DNA of 38,812 bases from a virus (lineage: Duplodnaviria > Caudoviricetes): the IMG/VR virus record IMGVR_UViG_3300014656_000011, positions 1-38,812 of that record; one strand, 5' to 3'. The notes under the pieces are model-generated. The model did not search any database and was not told where the DNA came from. It saw only the letters and a program-made list of their open reading frames with translations. Made by a program: the position numbers and the translations under genes. Positions 1-7,808 of the stretch are shown one piece after another. Position 1 is the stretch's first letter. The number at the start of each line of letters is the position of its first letter.

Positions 1-112
1 AAGCTAATTGGCTGTCATCACCACTTGAAGCTAGTTTGCTGTTATAACCACTTGAAGCTAGTTTGCTGTCATCACCACTTGAAGCTAATTGGCTGTAATC
101 ACCACTTGAAGC
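1..112. repeat. Terminal direct repeat (assembly overlap), left copy; indicates a circular or circularly permuted genome
   Basis: 1-112 is identical to 38701-38812, and a coherent ORF reads across the join. Confidence 0.9.
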
Positions 113-139
113 TAGTTTGCTGTTATAACCACTTGAAGC
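1..139 (-). repeat. 27-bp coding tandem repeat (8 units when joined with about 38633-38812)
   Basis: Unit GCT TCA AGT GGT (T/G)AT (A/T/G)AC AGC (AAA CTA/CAA TTA); no spacers between units. Confidence 0.9.
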
Positions 140-496
140 TTTTCTTAATATCTCTTTTGTATTTTCTAATAATCCTTTTTCGTTACACTTTTTCCACAAG
201 AAATCAAAAGAAGCTTTAATAAACATTGGTAAATCTATCTTACTATTTATTTTAATCTTATCTGTTACTATTTTTTTATCATCTGATTTAGTTTTCCCAA
301 TTGCTTCTACTTCTGCAAATTCACTTTCTGTTAAATCATAAAAATCAAGTATATCTAAAGGATTTTCACAAAAATGAAAACCTTTTTCACAAAGTTCAAT
401 ATCTCCATTGTGTTTATATTCTTTACCTACTTCAAATTTAAAACCACGACAAGTTAAATTTTTATTGAATGCTTTATATCCTTTTATTTTTTTCAT
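1..496 (-). CDS. 5' part of an origin-spanning phage protein (DUF7666-like N-domain plus ASSG 9-aa repeats); continues at 38700..38447, about 249 aa in total; absent from the ORF track
   Basis: ATG at 496: MKKIKGYKAFNKNLTCRGFKFEVGKEYKHNGDIELCEKGFHFCENPLDILDFY..., then ASSG(Y/D)(N/Y/D)S(K/Q)L repeats. Confidence 0.85.
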   Translation of the reverse strand, partial: MKKIKGYKAFNKNLTCRGFKFEVGKEYKHNGDIELCEKGFHFCENPLDILDFYDLTESEFAEVEAIGKTKSDDKKIVTDKIKINSKIDLPMFIKASFDFLWKKCNEKGLLENTKEILRKASSGYNSKLASSGDYSQLASSGDDSKLASSGYNSKLASSGDDSQLA

Positions 497-505
497 ATCT
501 CTATT

Positions 506-838
506 TTATAAATTAATAATAGCTTCTACAATTCTTCTATCTTTTCTAAAATCATTTATGAATGGTAGAGGTATATGTCGTTCTAATTGAACTCTTATAC
601 TACTTACACCGTTTTCTGTCGTTAAAACGGCTTTTTGCCCGTTTAACAGTATGTCCTCGTGTTCAACTCTACTGATTTTGTGTAATTCCTTTTCATTCCA
701 AGCTTTTAGTTCTTGTATCTGAAATGTTCCTGCAAATACTCCTGTAAATACTATTAAAGCTAAAACATATCTAAAGTTGTTTTGTATGAAGTTTTTTCTT
801 CTAAGTCCTTTAGTTAAGTGGTTTTTCAACATAATCAT
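506..838 (-). CDS. Hypothetical protein with one transmembrane helix
   Basis: Hydrophobic stretch YVLALIVFTGVFAGTF; collinear with neighbours. Confidence 0.65.
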   Translation of the reverse strand: MIMLKNHLTKGLRRKNFIQNNFRYVLALIVFTGVFAGTFQIQELKAWNEKELHKISRVEHEDILLNGQKAVLTTENGVSSIRVQLERHIPLPFINDFRKDRRIVEAIINL

Positions 839-1091
839 ATTTATTAACTAATAATTGTTTTCTATACCATTCGTTTTTTTCTTTATTGCTTTTAAACTTT
901 GGTATATCAAACTCATTTTCTAAATAGTCTCCTAGGAATCCTATTATTTGATTTTGTTGTGCTATAAATGCTTTGTGCCGATCTATGTTTGTTTCTTTAG
1001 TAACTTCTTTGTAAAGTTCTTTGGCAGGAGTATCTATTATTTTTTTTAAATCTTCTACTTGTTCTTCTAATCTTTTTGCAAATGCTTTCAT
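810..1091 (-). CDS. Hypothetical protein
   Basis: 93-aa ORF with the genome's typical A/T-rich start context. Confidence 0.7.
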   Translation of the reverse strand: MKAFAKRLEEQVEDLKKIIDTPAKELYKEVTKETNIDRHKAFIAQQNQIIGFLGDYLENEFDIPKFKSNKEKNEWYRKQLLVNKYDYVEKPLN

Positions 1092-1269
1092 AATTATATT
1101 TATTTTATTTCCAATAATTTAGTTAATAAAATTCTACCTTCTTCTCTTTCATTTTCATCATCATAATCTTCCCCATTACCCCAAGTTCCTCCTGTTCCAT
1201 AATTAAAATCTTGTATAAAATGTTCTATTAAAATATCTAATTCTCTTTTTGTTAATTTCTTATTCATAA

Positions 1270-1449
1270 TTATTTTAATTTAGGAGTAATACCGTATAAA
1301 AAGAAAAGTCTATTGTGATTTCTTATTAATCTTTTTCTTACTGCTTCTTTTGTTTTTTCGTGTTTTGCTTCAAATAACATATCTCCTAGGAAGCTTGCTT
1401 TTTTTTCTAATTTCTCTATTTCTTTATTTTGTTTTATTATTGTTTGCAT
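1270..1449 (-). CDS. Hypothetical 59-aa protein, first gene after the 1481-1509 promoter
   Basis: MQTIIKQNKEIEKLEKKASFLGDMLFEAKHEK...; below the ORF-track cutoff. Confidence 0.6.
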   Translation of the reverse strand: MQTIIKQNKEIEKLEKKASFLGDMLFEAKHEKTKEAVRKRLIRNHNRLFFLYGITPKLK

Positions 1450-1480
1450 AGTTTTATTTAATTACTTTATTAATATCTCT

Positions 1481-1509
1481 ATTGTATATTACTGTATTGT
1501 ATAATGCAA
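1481..1509 (-). promoter_or_regulatory. sigma70-type promoter TTGCAT-17-TACAAT
   Basis: Canonical spacing; spacer plus -10 matches 8744-8766 at 22 of 23 bases. Confidence 0.75.
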
Positions 1510-1547
1510 CTATGCAAGATTAATATATTGTGGTGTAACTATGTTAG

Positions 1548-1811
1548 CTATTTATCACTCTTTTCCTCTGGTCTTATAGTAATATGTAAACTAATCCAAG
1601 TATCGTTTTTGTTTTCGTTGACTGACTGTGGGTATTTTATTCCTATTTCTTTTCCAACTTCTCTAAGTGTCAACCCAGACTCATAAAGTTTCTTTGCTTT
1701 TTCACCTAGTTCACCGTATTTGGTGTTACGATTATATACTCTAGCAAAACCTGTTCCACCACATCTTGGACAAACTGTATTTATTTTTCTTATTTTACCT
1801 TTATTAGACAT
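1548..1811 (-). CDS. Small protein with a CxxCxGxG knuckle and a helix-turn-helix-like segment
   Basis: CPRCGGTG; LYESGLTLREVGKEIGIKYPQSV. Confidence 0.6.
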   Translation of the reverse strand: MSNKGKIRKINTVCPRCGGTGFARVYNRNTKYGELGEKAKKLYESGLTLREVGKEIGIKYPQSVNENKNDTWISLHITIRPEEKSDK

Positions 1812-1985
1812 ATCTATATTTTCATAATTTTATAATTGTTGTTTTTAATATAGCACTTGGAATTGGAGCAAACATTTCTGCTTTTTCAAAATTTGAATAT
1901 AAATTTCTGTCATCTTTAGGAGATTTTTTTAATCCTTGTATTCTCCACATTATTTTTATTTTTGGTTTTTGTTTTTTCATTTTAT

Positions 1986-2123
1986 TTATTCTTCTAACCA
2001 ATTTATAAAATCTTGAAATGTTGGATGTGTTATTGAATTATAAATACCATTTAAAACAGTTCTTTTATGGTTTGTTTCTAGTAAAAATAATTCTATTATT
2101 GCTTTCAAATCTTTTTTATACAT
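1986..2123 (-). CDS. Hypothetical 45-aa protein, probable paralog of 36089..36271
   Basis: MYKKDLKAIIELFLLETNHKR...HPTFQDFINWLEE. Confidence 0.6.
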   Translation of the reverse strand: MYKKDLKAIIELFLLETNHKRTVLNGIYNSITHPTFQDFINWLEE

Positions 2124-2124
2124 A

Positions 2125-2325
2125 TTATTGTTTATACCACGTTAAAATATCTGCTTTCCCTATTAAAACTAATAATGCTTCCTTAAATCTTATTACCCAT
2201 TTATACCAACCCTGAAAACCAATAGGTCTCGCATAAACCCATACCCCTTTTATTATTTCTTTTGTTTGTATTTCTGTTGTCATTGAATGACCTTTGTTTA
2301 ATAAATTATCTATTTTATATTCCAT
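2125..2325 (-). CDS. Hypothetical protein
   Basis: 66-aa ORF containing WVYARP...RFKEALLVLIGKADILTW. Confidence 0.65.
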   Translation of the reverse strand: MEYKIDNLLNKGHSMTTEIQTKEIIKGVWVYARPIGFQGWYKWVIRFKEALLVLIGKADILTWYKQ

Positions 2326-2364
2326 ATCTCTATTTTATTAGTTTATAATTGTTTTATTGTTCTT

Positions 2365-2610
2365 TTAATCTAATCTTCTAATAACAAAGGCTGTTTTTGA
2401 CATTGTAACTTCAAAGTCTTGAAATCTCTCTTTATCTAAAGCTAACCAGTTAGCGAAGCTTTGGAGTGCTGTTTCTTCCTTTTTTATGTTTAACATCTCA
2501 TCTTTATCAAGATTTTCTTTAAGGTGTTTTTCACAATATTTTGCTATAAGACCATTACCTGTATAATTTATACAACCACAATCTTCTATTTGTTTTTTAT
2601 ATTCTTTCAT
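2365..2610 (-). CDS. Hypothetical protein, possible metal-binding motif
   Basis: CGC...YCEKH. Confidence 0.6.
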   Translation of the reverse strand: MKEYKKQIEDCGCINYTGNGLIAKYCEKHLKENLDKDEMLNIKKEETALQSFANWLALDKERFQDFEVTMSKTAFVIRRLD

Positions 2611-2625
2611 AATTCTTTATTTAAC

Positions 2626-2799
2626 TTATAATGTTTTTAATTCTAAACACTCTGTGCATATCATTGATTTAATTTTATAAGTCTTTATGTAATTTCTAAA
2701 CATACGATGTTTAAAATCATCTTGCTCTAATGTTCTTATTTCTTCTGTTGTTGTTTCAAAAGGAATAAAATTATGTTTGTGTTTAAATATTGTTTTCAT
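2626..2799 (-). CDS. Small putative zinc-ribbon protein (57 aa)
   Basis: MKTIFKHKHNF...MICTECLELKTL; HxH plus CxxC. Confidence 0.55.
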   Translation of the reverse strand: MKTIFKHKHNFIPFETTTEEIRTLEQDDFKHRMFRNYIKTYKIKSMICTECLELKTL

Positions 2800-2917
2800 A
2801 ATATCTTTTAATTATTTTATCTAATAATCTAATAACTGTTGTTTCTTCATCAAGGGCTTTTTGTTTTAATATCTTATAAGTTTCTTTATAAACTCTTAAT
2901 GTTTTGTATTCTTTCAT
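2783..2917 (-). CDS. Ribbon-helix-helix (CopG/Arc-like) DNA-binding protein, 44 aa
   Basis: MKEYKTLRVYKETYKILKQKALDEETTVIRLLDKIIKRYYENNI: alternating beta strand followed by two helices. Confidence 0.6.
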   Translation of the reverse strand: MKEYKTLRVYKETYKILKQKALDEETTVIRLLDKIIKRYYENNI

Positions 2918-2941
2918 ATTGTGTAATTGTGTAATTGTGTG
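2918..2941 (-). repeat. Three 8-bp direct repeats abutting the RHH start codon (candidate operator)
   Basis: + strand attgtgta attgtgta attgtgtg. Confidence 0.6.
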
Positions 2942-3221
2942 CAATTTGTTTTTTTAGTTCCTTTCCCCTTATAAGAGGTTGTTTATTTTTATGTCATCAA
3001 ATAATATTTTAATTATATCTAGTGTAGTTTGATTACTACTTTTATATACCTGTCATATACCCCAACTAGCATAATAAAATAAGTGGTTTCTTATAAACAA
3101 AGGGGATTGGTTGACAGGAATTAGTAAAGAGTTATTTCAAACAATCTACCTTTATTTACAAGCAGAAGATAAAGTTTTTCCAGAGATTACCTTAAAGCTC
3201 TGTATTTGAATTTGTAATGAA

Positions 3222-3566
3222 CTATAAACCTTTTCCTAAAAACTTCCCTAAATCAAATCTTGTCATATTCTTCCAATTTCTTTTTTTAGGTTTTACTTTG
3301 TTCTGTTTTATAAACTGTTCTGTTGCTGTATAAATATTTACTTTCTGCTCTTTACAAATATTATGTATTTTAAAATGACATTTTCTACAAAGAGGAATTA
3401 AGTGATATTTCTGATTTTCATTTCCTAATTCTTTATAAGTCTTGTGATGAATATCAATTTTCTTTGCATTGCAAACATAACATCTTTTTCCGTGCCAGTA
3501 TTTAACTTGTTCTCTTTTCTTGAACCAAGCATCACTTTTTAAATATTTTTTATAATCTATAAACAT
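3222..3566 (-). CDS. HNH endonuclease (likely start MFIDY at 3566)
   Basis: YLKSDAW..KR, CYVC, IHHKTY, LIPLCRKCHFKIH. Confidence 0.85.
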   Translation of the reverse strand: MFIDYKKYLKSDAWFKKREQVKYWHGKRCYVCNAKKIDIHHKTYKELGNENQKYHLIPLCRKCHFKIHNICKEQKVNIYTATEQFIKQNKVKPKKRNWKNMTRFDLGKFLGKGL

Positions 3567-3622
3567 AAGCAGGGATTTAGTAAGAACACAAACAGATGTT
3601 CGGTTAATTGAAAACAAAATAT

Positions 3623-3729
3623 TGAGTAGCAAAGGATTCGAACCAGTATTCTTGCTTTAAATTATATCAACCGATATCAATTGTATAACCTCTAGATAAC
3701 AAAGTATTAACCAATTATACTAACTACTC
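3623..3729 (-). ncRNA. tRNA-like RNA with an expanded anticodon arm
   Basis: Acceptor stem GAGTAGT/GCTACTC, T8A9, D-arm GTAT-AATTGGTTA-ATAC, T-loop GGTTCGAATCC; about 40 nt sits in place of the anticodon loop. Confidence 0.6.
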
Positions 3730-3814
3730 AATATTTCATTTTCAAAGAACCTTTAAGGAGATGTTTTTTTAACTGTCCACACCCTATACGACAGCAAGAT
3801 TGAATTGTAAGTCT

Positions 3815-3984
3815 TATTAAAGACTAAAAAGAGATAGTAAGCTCAATTTAGGTTAAACAACATAGTTTAGAGGTTGAATCTGTCCGCTATTGTCAGCACC
3901 ATTATACGTTTGGTGGAGCTTTAGAATATCGGTTAACTCCTGCTAGAAGATAAAATCTTCACTATCTCTTTTTAATTTTCAATA
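3815..3984 (-). ncRNA. Candidate multibranch structured RNA
   Basis: 24-nt closing inverted repeat (3815-3838/3961-3984) with G-U pairs on the minus strand; internal hairpins GAAGAT-TTT-ATCTTC and CACCA...TGGTG. Confidence 0.5.
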
Positions 3985-3999
3985 TACTTTCCTATTAAA

Positions 4000-4063
4000 A
4001 ACAAAAATAGCCACACAATTTGTGCAGTTATGTGGCGGTTTTTGTTCACTATATTAACTGCAC
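4000..4063 (-). terminator. Terminator-like hairpin with competing leader pairing
   Basis: AACAAAAACCGCCACA...TGTGGCTATTTTTGTTTTT; the loop TAACTGCAC is complementary to upstream GTGCAGTTA. Confidence 0.55.
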
Positions 4064-4101
4064 GAAATATAATGAAATCAGTCTATTTAATTGTTCTCTT
4101 A

Positions 4102-4129
4102 ATTATATACCTTTTAAAAATAATTGCAA
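4102..4129 (-). promoter_or_regulatory. sigma70-type promoter TTGCAA-16-TATAAT upstream of the ncRNA cluster
   Basis: Consensus -10 and near-consensus -35. Confidence 0.6.
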
Positions 4130-4141
4130 GCTTTTTAATAA

Positions 4142-4311
4142 TATTCTAAAAGAGGATAGTTTATCTAGCTTCGGTCTTGGTGTGATTCCGATACTTTTGT
4201 CATTAAAGAGCGAGGCAGTAATGAATACTGCACTTTTTTCAATAAACTTTCTTGATATTCAGACTTGCAACACCTTATTTGTCTTTCGTATCAATATCCT
4301 CTTTTAAAATA
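4142..4311 (-). ncRNA. Candidate multibranch structured RNA with a kissing-loop pairing
   Basis: 17-nt closing stem (4142-4158/4295-4311), several internal hairpins, loop GGTGT complementary to loop ACACC. Confidence 0.5.
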
Positions 4312-4575
4312 CTACTCCTTGCTTAGTTTTTTCATTACATCATAATAATTCTTTACGAAAAGTTTAGCTCCTATATCTAGTCTTTTTTTTATTTCTTTTT
4401 TTGATAGCTTTCTTTTCATATTATTCATTCTTAATACTAAAACGACAATGACATAAATCTGCTACTAACCAACTATTTTTAATAGTTAGGTTATATATTT
4501 TAGTATCTCCTATGTAGTATTTTATTAGTTGGACTGCTGATGATTTTATTGTATTCATATTATATATTATATCAA

Positions 4576-4869
4576 TTATTTTGCTTTAAGGCTAGCCCAA
4601 AAACACCCTGTAAATGTCTTAGCTTGGCAACATTTCTTATAAAAGAAATGTAAATCAAACTCGTCTAAATGTCCTAACTTTATGGCAACTGTTCTTGGTT
4701 TTAATTCTCCCCATTTAGTGCCTTTTCTTTCTTGGTTGAGTCTGTCTGTGAAGTCTTTGATTATTAGTTGTCTAGAGTTAGTTATATTATCTGTTCCTTT
4801 CTCTACTTTGAATAATCTGTTTTGTGTTATTTCTGAAATACTCTTAATATCACTTGACAATTCTTGCAT
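4576..4869 (-). CDS. Hypothetical protein
   Basis: 97-aa ORF; no motif recognised. Confidence 0.65.
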   Translation of the reverse strand: MQELSSDIKSISEITQNRLFKVEKGTDNITNSRQLIIKDFTDRLNQERKGTKWGELKPRTVAIKLGHLDEFDLHFFYKKCCQAKTFTGCFWASLKAK

Positions 4870-4949
4870 ATTTGTTTTAATTATATTAATTCCATTAATT
4901 TGGAAGAATTATGTGGTTAATCCACTTCTGTTTTAAATCAGTATAAAAA

Positions 4950-5378
4950 TTAACTCAAATTTGATTTCAAAACAACTCGGTTAGCTACTGGGTTGTTTTT
5001 ATTTGTATATACTTTCTTGTAATCTGCTTTTTGGCATTCAACTGTGCAATATTTTAATCTTCTTCCTTCAAGTTTTTTACCACAATATTCACAATGGGTT
5101 ATTGTTCCTGCAATTTTATGTCTTATAATACTGTTTTCTGTGTTTATTCTTAATCTGTTTTTAACTCTATACATTTTTTTATGGTATCTCCTAGAACAAA
5201 TAATATTACAAAAGAAATGTCTTGAATTTTTAGGTTGGAATAACATACCACAACATCTACAACGGGTTTTTTCAAAATTACCGTTATTACAAAGATTTAT
5301 TGTTACTGTAGCTATAGGATAACCGTCTTCATCTACAAGTGTTAAAAAATCTCCTAGTTTTCTTTTCGTTTTTTGCAT
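4950..5378 (-). CDS. Cys-rich zinc-finger protein
   Basis: CRCCG..F.....FFCNIIC and CEYCG......KYCTVEC. Confidence 0.7.
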   Translation of the reverse strand: MQKTKRKLGDFLTLVDEDGYPIATVTINLCNNGNFEKTRCRCCGMLFQPKNSRHFFCNIICSRRYHKKMYRVKNRLRINTENSIIRHKIAGTITHCEYCGKKLEGRRLKYCTVECQKADYKKVYTNKNNPVANRVVLKSNLS

Positions 5379-5534
5379 AATTCTTCTAATAATTTACGAG
5401 CTTTTTTCTCTTGCTCAATTTTTAAATAATCTTTATACATCATTTGTGGTGCTTTTATTTTACCTACGAAGTTTTCACTACCTGTTGGGTTGTTTTTTCT
5501 GTGTTCTATGAGTTCTTTGCTGTATTTTTTCATA

Positions 5535-5999
5535 TTAAAATGCTGTTACTTCGTTATTTTTATTGTCAGGATAATCTATTTTAGGTGTTTCTTTGATTTG
5601 TTTCTTTTTGCTAGGAAATTCAGGTAAACATATCTCTCCGTCTGTTCTGTCGATTAAAAGTTTATTTAGATTATCGTAAACATAGTCTATCTCTCCGTTT
5701 TTTTCTAATTCTGTTGTGCTTTCTTTTAAGAGTAAATGTTTTTGCATTAACTTCCAAAGCCACTTTAGATTTTGTGGTGTTACTTCGATAGGGATATTAT
5801 CTTTTACTAAAACTCTCATATCAATTCCTTTCTCAACACATTCTGCTGATGTATCTGCAAATATTTTATGAAGTGAATTATTTTGACTTGGTGTTCGTTT
5901 GTTGTCAACTTTTAAGCCTTTGAATATATAAAACTCCTTTGTTAGATTTAGTTCAGGAAATTGTTTTTTTAATTCATCTCTGTTTACTTCAAATTTCAT
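5535..5999 (-). CDS. NinB/Orf-like recombination accessory protein
   Basis: KRTPSQNNSLH and ESTTELEK motifs, FP near the C-terminus; lies in the recombination module. Confidence 0.6.
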   Translation of the reverse strand: MKFEVNRDELKKQFPELNLTKEFYIFKGLKVDNKRTPSQNNSLHKIFADTSAECVEKGIDMRVLVKDNIPIEVTPQNLKWLWKLMQKHLLLKESTTELEKNGEIDYVYDNLNKLLIDRTDGEICLPEFPSKKKQIKETPKIDYPDNKNNEVTAF

Positions 6000-6055
6000 A
6001 GTGTTATAAGTTATGGTGTTTGCTATTAAAATCGTTTAGAAGCTAGTTTTGAGCC

Positions 6056-6367
6056 TTATATAAACTTAAATTTAATGTATTCTTCTCCTTTTTTAACAAT
6101 TTCTTTTTGTATAATTAGATTTTTTAAATCCCTATCATTAAAACCGTATTTCTTTTGAAGAACATCAATAAACGGTTTCACTGGATTATCTAAGTCTGAC
6201 AGCTTTGAAGAAAAACCAAATTCTAAATGTAGAGTATTTGTTATCTCAACTTTTTTTGGTAATAACAAACCTAAATCAATTTCATACTTTTTATAATCAT
6301 CTGTTTTAAACCTTTTGCCTTTCCAAGCTGTATTAACCGACATTGGCTTTATATTTATTTCAATCAT
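6056..6367 (-). CDS. rusA: RusA-like Holliday junction resolvase
   Basis: KPMSVN at the N-terminus; catalytic SDLDNPVKPFIDVLQ...FNDR. Confidence 0.8.
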   Translation of the reverse strand: MIEINIKPMSVNTAWKGKRFKTDDYKKYEIDLGLLLPKKVEITNTLHLEFGFSSKLSDLDNPVKPFIDVLQKKYGFNDRDLKNLIIQKEIVKKGEEYIKFKFI

Positions 6368-6654
6368 AAATATTTTCTATAGTTAATAACCTTTGAATAA
6401 TAATCTAGTTCTTCTTCTGTCATTCGTTGAGCCATTATTTTATTTAGCTGTTCTTTTACTTCGTGGGTTATTCCTTTGTGATATTGATGTATGTCGTTAT
6501 GGACTGGTAAGATAGCGAATTTCTCATTTATGTTTTTGCCTTGCCACGACATATTGTGATGAAAGTCGATTTTTCCGTCTGTTCTTCCAGTTATGCAACA
6601 TCGTTTCATAAAAGGGTCTTGGCTTAATTCTTCTCTTAATAGTGGTGGAATCAT
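6364..6654 (-). CDS. HNH-like nuclease-fold protein
   Basis: CCITG...DFHH...ILPVHNDIHQYH. Confidence 0.55.
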   Translation of the reverse strand: MIPPLLREELSQDPFMKRCCITGRTDGKIDFHHNMSWQGKNINEKFAILPVHNDIHQYHKGITHEVKEQLNKIMAQRMTEEELDYYSKVINYRKYL

Positions 6655-6663
6655 ATTACTATT

Positions 6664-6885
6664 TTACCACAAAGTGTCCTTTCTTTTAAGTGAATATTTA
6701 CAGTTCTTATGTCCTTTTGTTCCTATATACTCTGTTTCAATATCCATTCCTTCTTTTCTTAACTCACAGATTAAAGCACCTAGTCGGAGTATATATAGCT
6801 CGTGAATAGCATATAAGTTGGTTATGTAACCTTCTCTTTCTAAGTGTTTTTTTACTATTGTTTTCTGTGAAATAGTTTTTTTCAT
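6664..6885 (-). CDS. Winged helix-turn-helix protein (phage HTH_39-like)
   Basis: SQKTIVKKHLEREGYITNLYAI...RLGALICELRKEGMDIET. Confidence 0.75.
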   Translation of the reverse strand: MKKTISQKTIVKKHLEREGYITNLYAIHELYILRLGALICELRKEGMDIETEYIGTKGHKNCKYSLKRKDTLW

Positions 6886-6886
6886 A

Positions 6887-7195
6887 TTAAAAAGGGATAT
6901 TTGAATCAGGGTCTTGTTTACTTACATCAACTGAAAATGATTTGTCATCTTCAGGGTATTCGTCTGTTGATTTTTCTTTGTTTGGTTTCCAAGTATTTTC
7001 TTCCATATAGCTTTTACCTGCTTGGCTAACTTTTAAATCAAGATTATTAATATATCCGTTATTATTTACTGGTTGTTGTTGTAACCATTCGATAAAGTCT
7101 GCTTTTTTGATTGATACACTTCCTTTTACAAAGTCAGGTGCTTTTTCGTGTGGTTGGTTAAAATATATTCCTTTTGGAAAGTTTTTTTCTGTCAT
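6887..7195 (-). CDS. Putative single-stranded DNA-binding protein
   Basis: KAPDFVKGSVSIK; acidic tail ending in IPF; adjacent to the exonuclease and SSAP. Confidence 0.7.
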   Translation of the reverse strand: MTEKNFPKGIYFNQPHEKAPDFVKGSVSIKKADFIEWLQQQPVNNNGYINNLDLKVSQAGKSYMEENTWKPNKEKSTDEYPEDDKSFSVDVSKQDPDSNIPF

Positions 7196-7196
7196 A

Positions 7197-7808
7197 TTAT
7201 TTTAATTTATTTTCTATTGATTTAATAATTTCTTCTCCTTTTGCTAAACCTATTTTAAACTTCTCGTGTAACTCTAAATCTTGTTCTACTAATTGCCATA
7301 TAACCGGTTCTTTCATATCTGAATTACCTACAGCATACCAACCTTTCTTTTTCTCCATAATCATCATTTGGTATTGTATTTGGTCATAATACTGTCCTTC
7401 AATTTCAAATGTTCCTGTTTCTTTAAATTCTGCTAAAAGTTTTAAATATTTTACTTTACCAAAACTTTTAACTTCGACAGTTTCTTCTTCTGTGTAACTA
7501 TCAGGACTTGCTCCAGCCAGTTTATATTTATTGTTTGTTACAAAACCAGCCTTTTTTAATTCAATACCAGATTGTAACTCAAAAGAATTAAGTATAAGTG
7601 CTTCTTGTTCGTTACCTCTTTTCATTGCTTCGCTTTCAAAATTATCTCTAACATTTGAAAGTCTTTCTGCAACAGATTGCCAACATAATGTATCTAATCC
7701 AGCTCCTGCTGTTTTAATTGCTGTTGCATTACTAGCTGTGAAAGGGTGTTCATTTCTTATATCAAACCACTCATCGCTTTTTTGCTCAATATCGTGATAT
7801 TTAATCAT
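7197..7808 (-). CDS. YqaJ / lambda-exonuclease family nuclease
   Basis: EQKSDEWFDIR..FTAS, AMKRGNEQE, GASPD, VEVKS, YYDQIQYQM. Confidence 0.9.
   Translation of the reverse strand: MIKYHDIEQKSDEWFDIRNEHPFTASNATAIKTAGAGLDTLCWQSVAERLSNVRDNFESEAMKRGNEQEALILNSFELQSGIELKKAGFVTNNKYKLAGASPDSYTEEETVEVKSFGKVKYLKLLAEFKETGTFEIEGQYYDQIQYQMMIMEKKKGWYAVGNSDMKEPVIWQLVEQDLELHEKFKIGLAKGEEIIKSIENKLK

Noticed and set aside
1-139. CRISPR array at the contig ends
   Set aside because: Units are contiguous 27-mers with no unique spacers, they encode an in-frame 9-aa repeat, and there are no cas genes.
3567-3632. ORF-track N-terminal extensions (HNH from 3632; also SPFH 10027, scaffold 26791, GroEL 33884)
   Set aside because: The upstream starts overlap RNA elements or other genes; downstream ATGs fit the family N-termini and the genome's start context better.
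4255-4295. Hammerhead ribozyme (CTGA and GAAA words)
   Set aside because: No CUGANGA core with the required three-stem arrangement.
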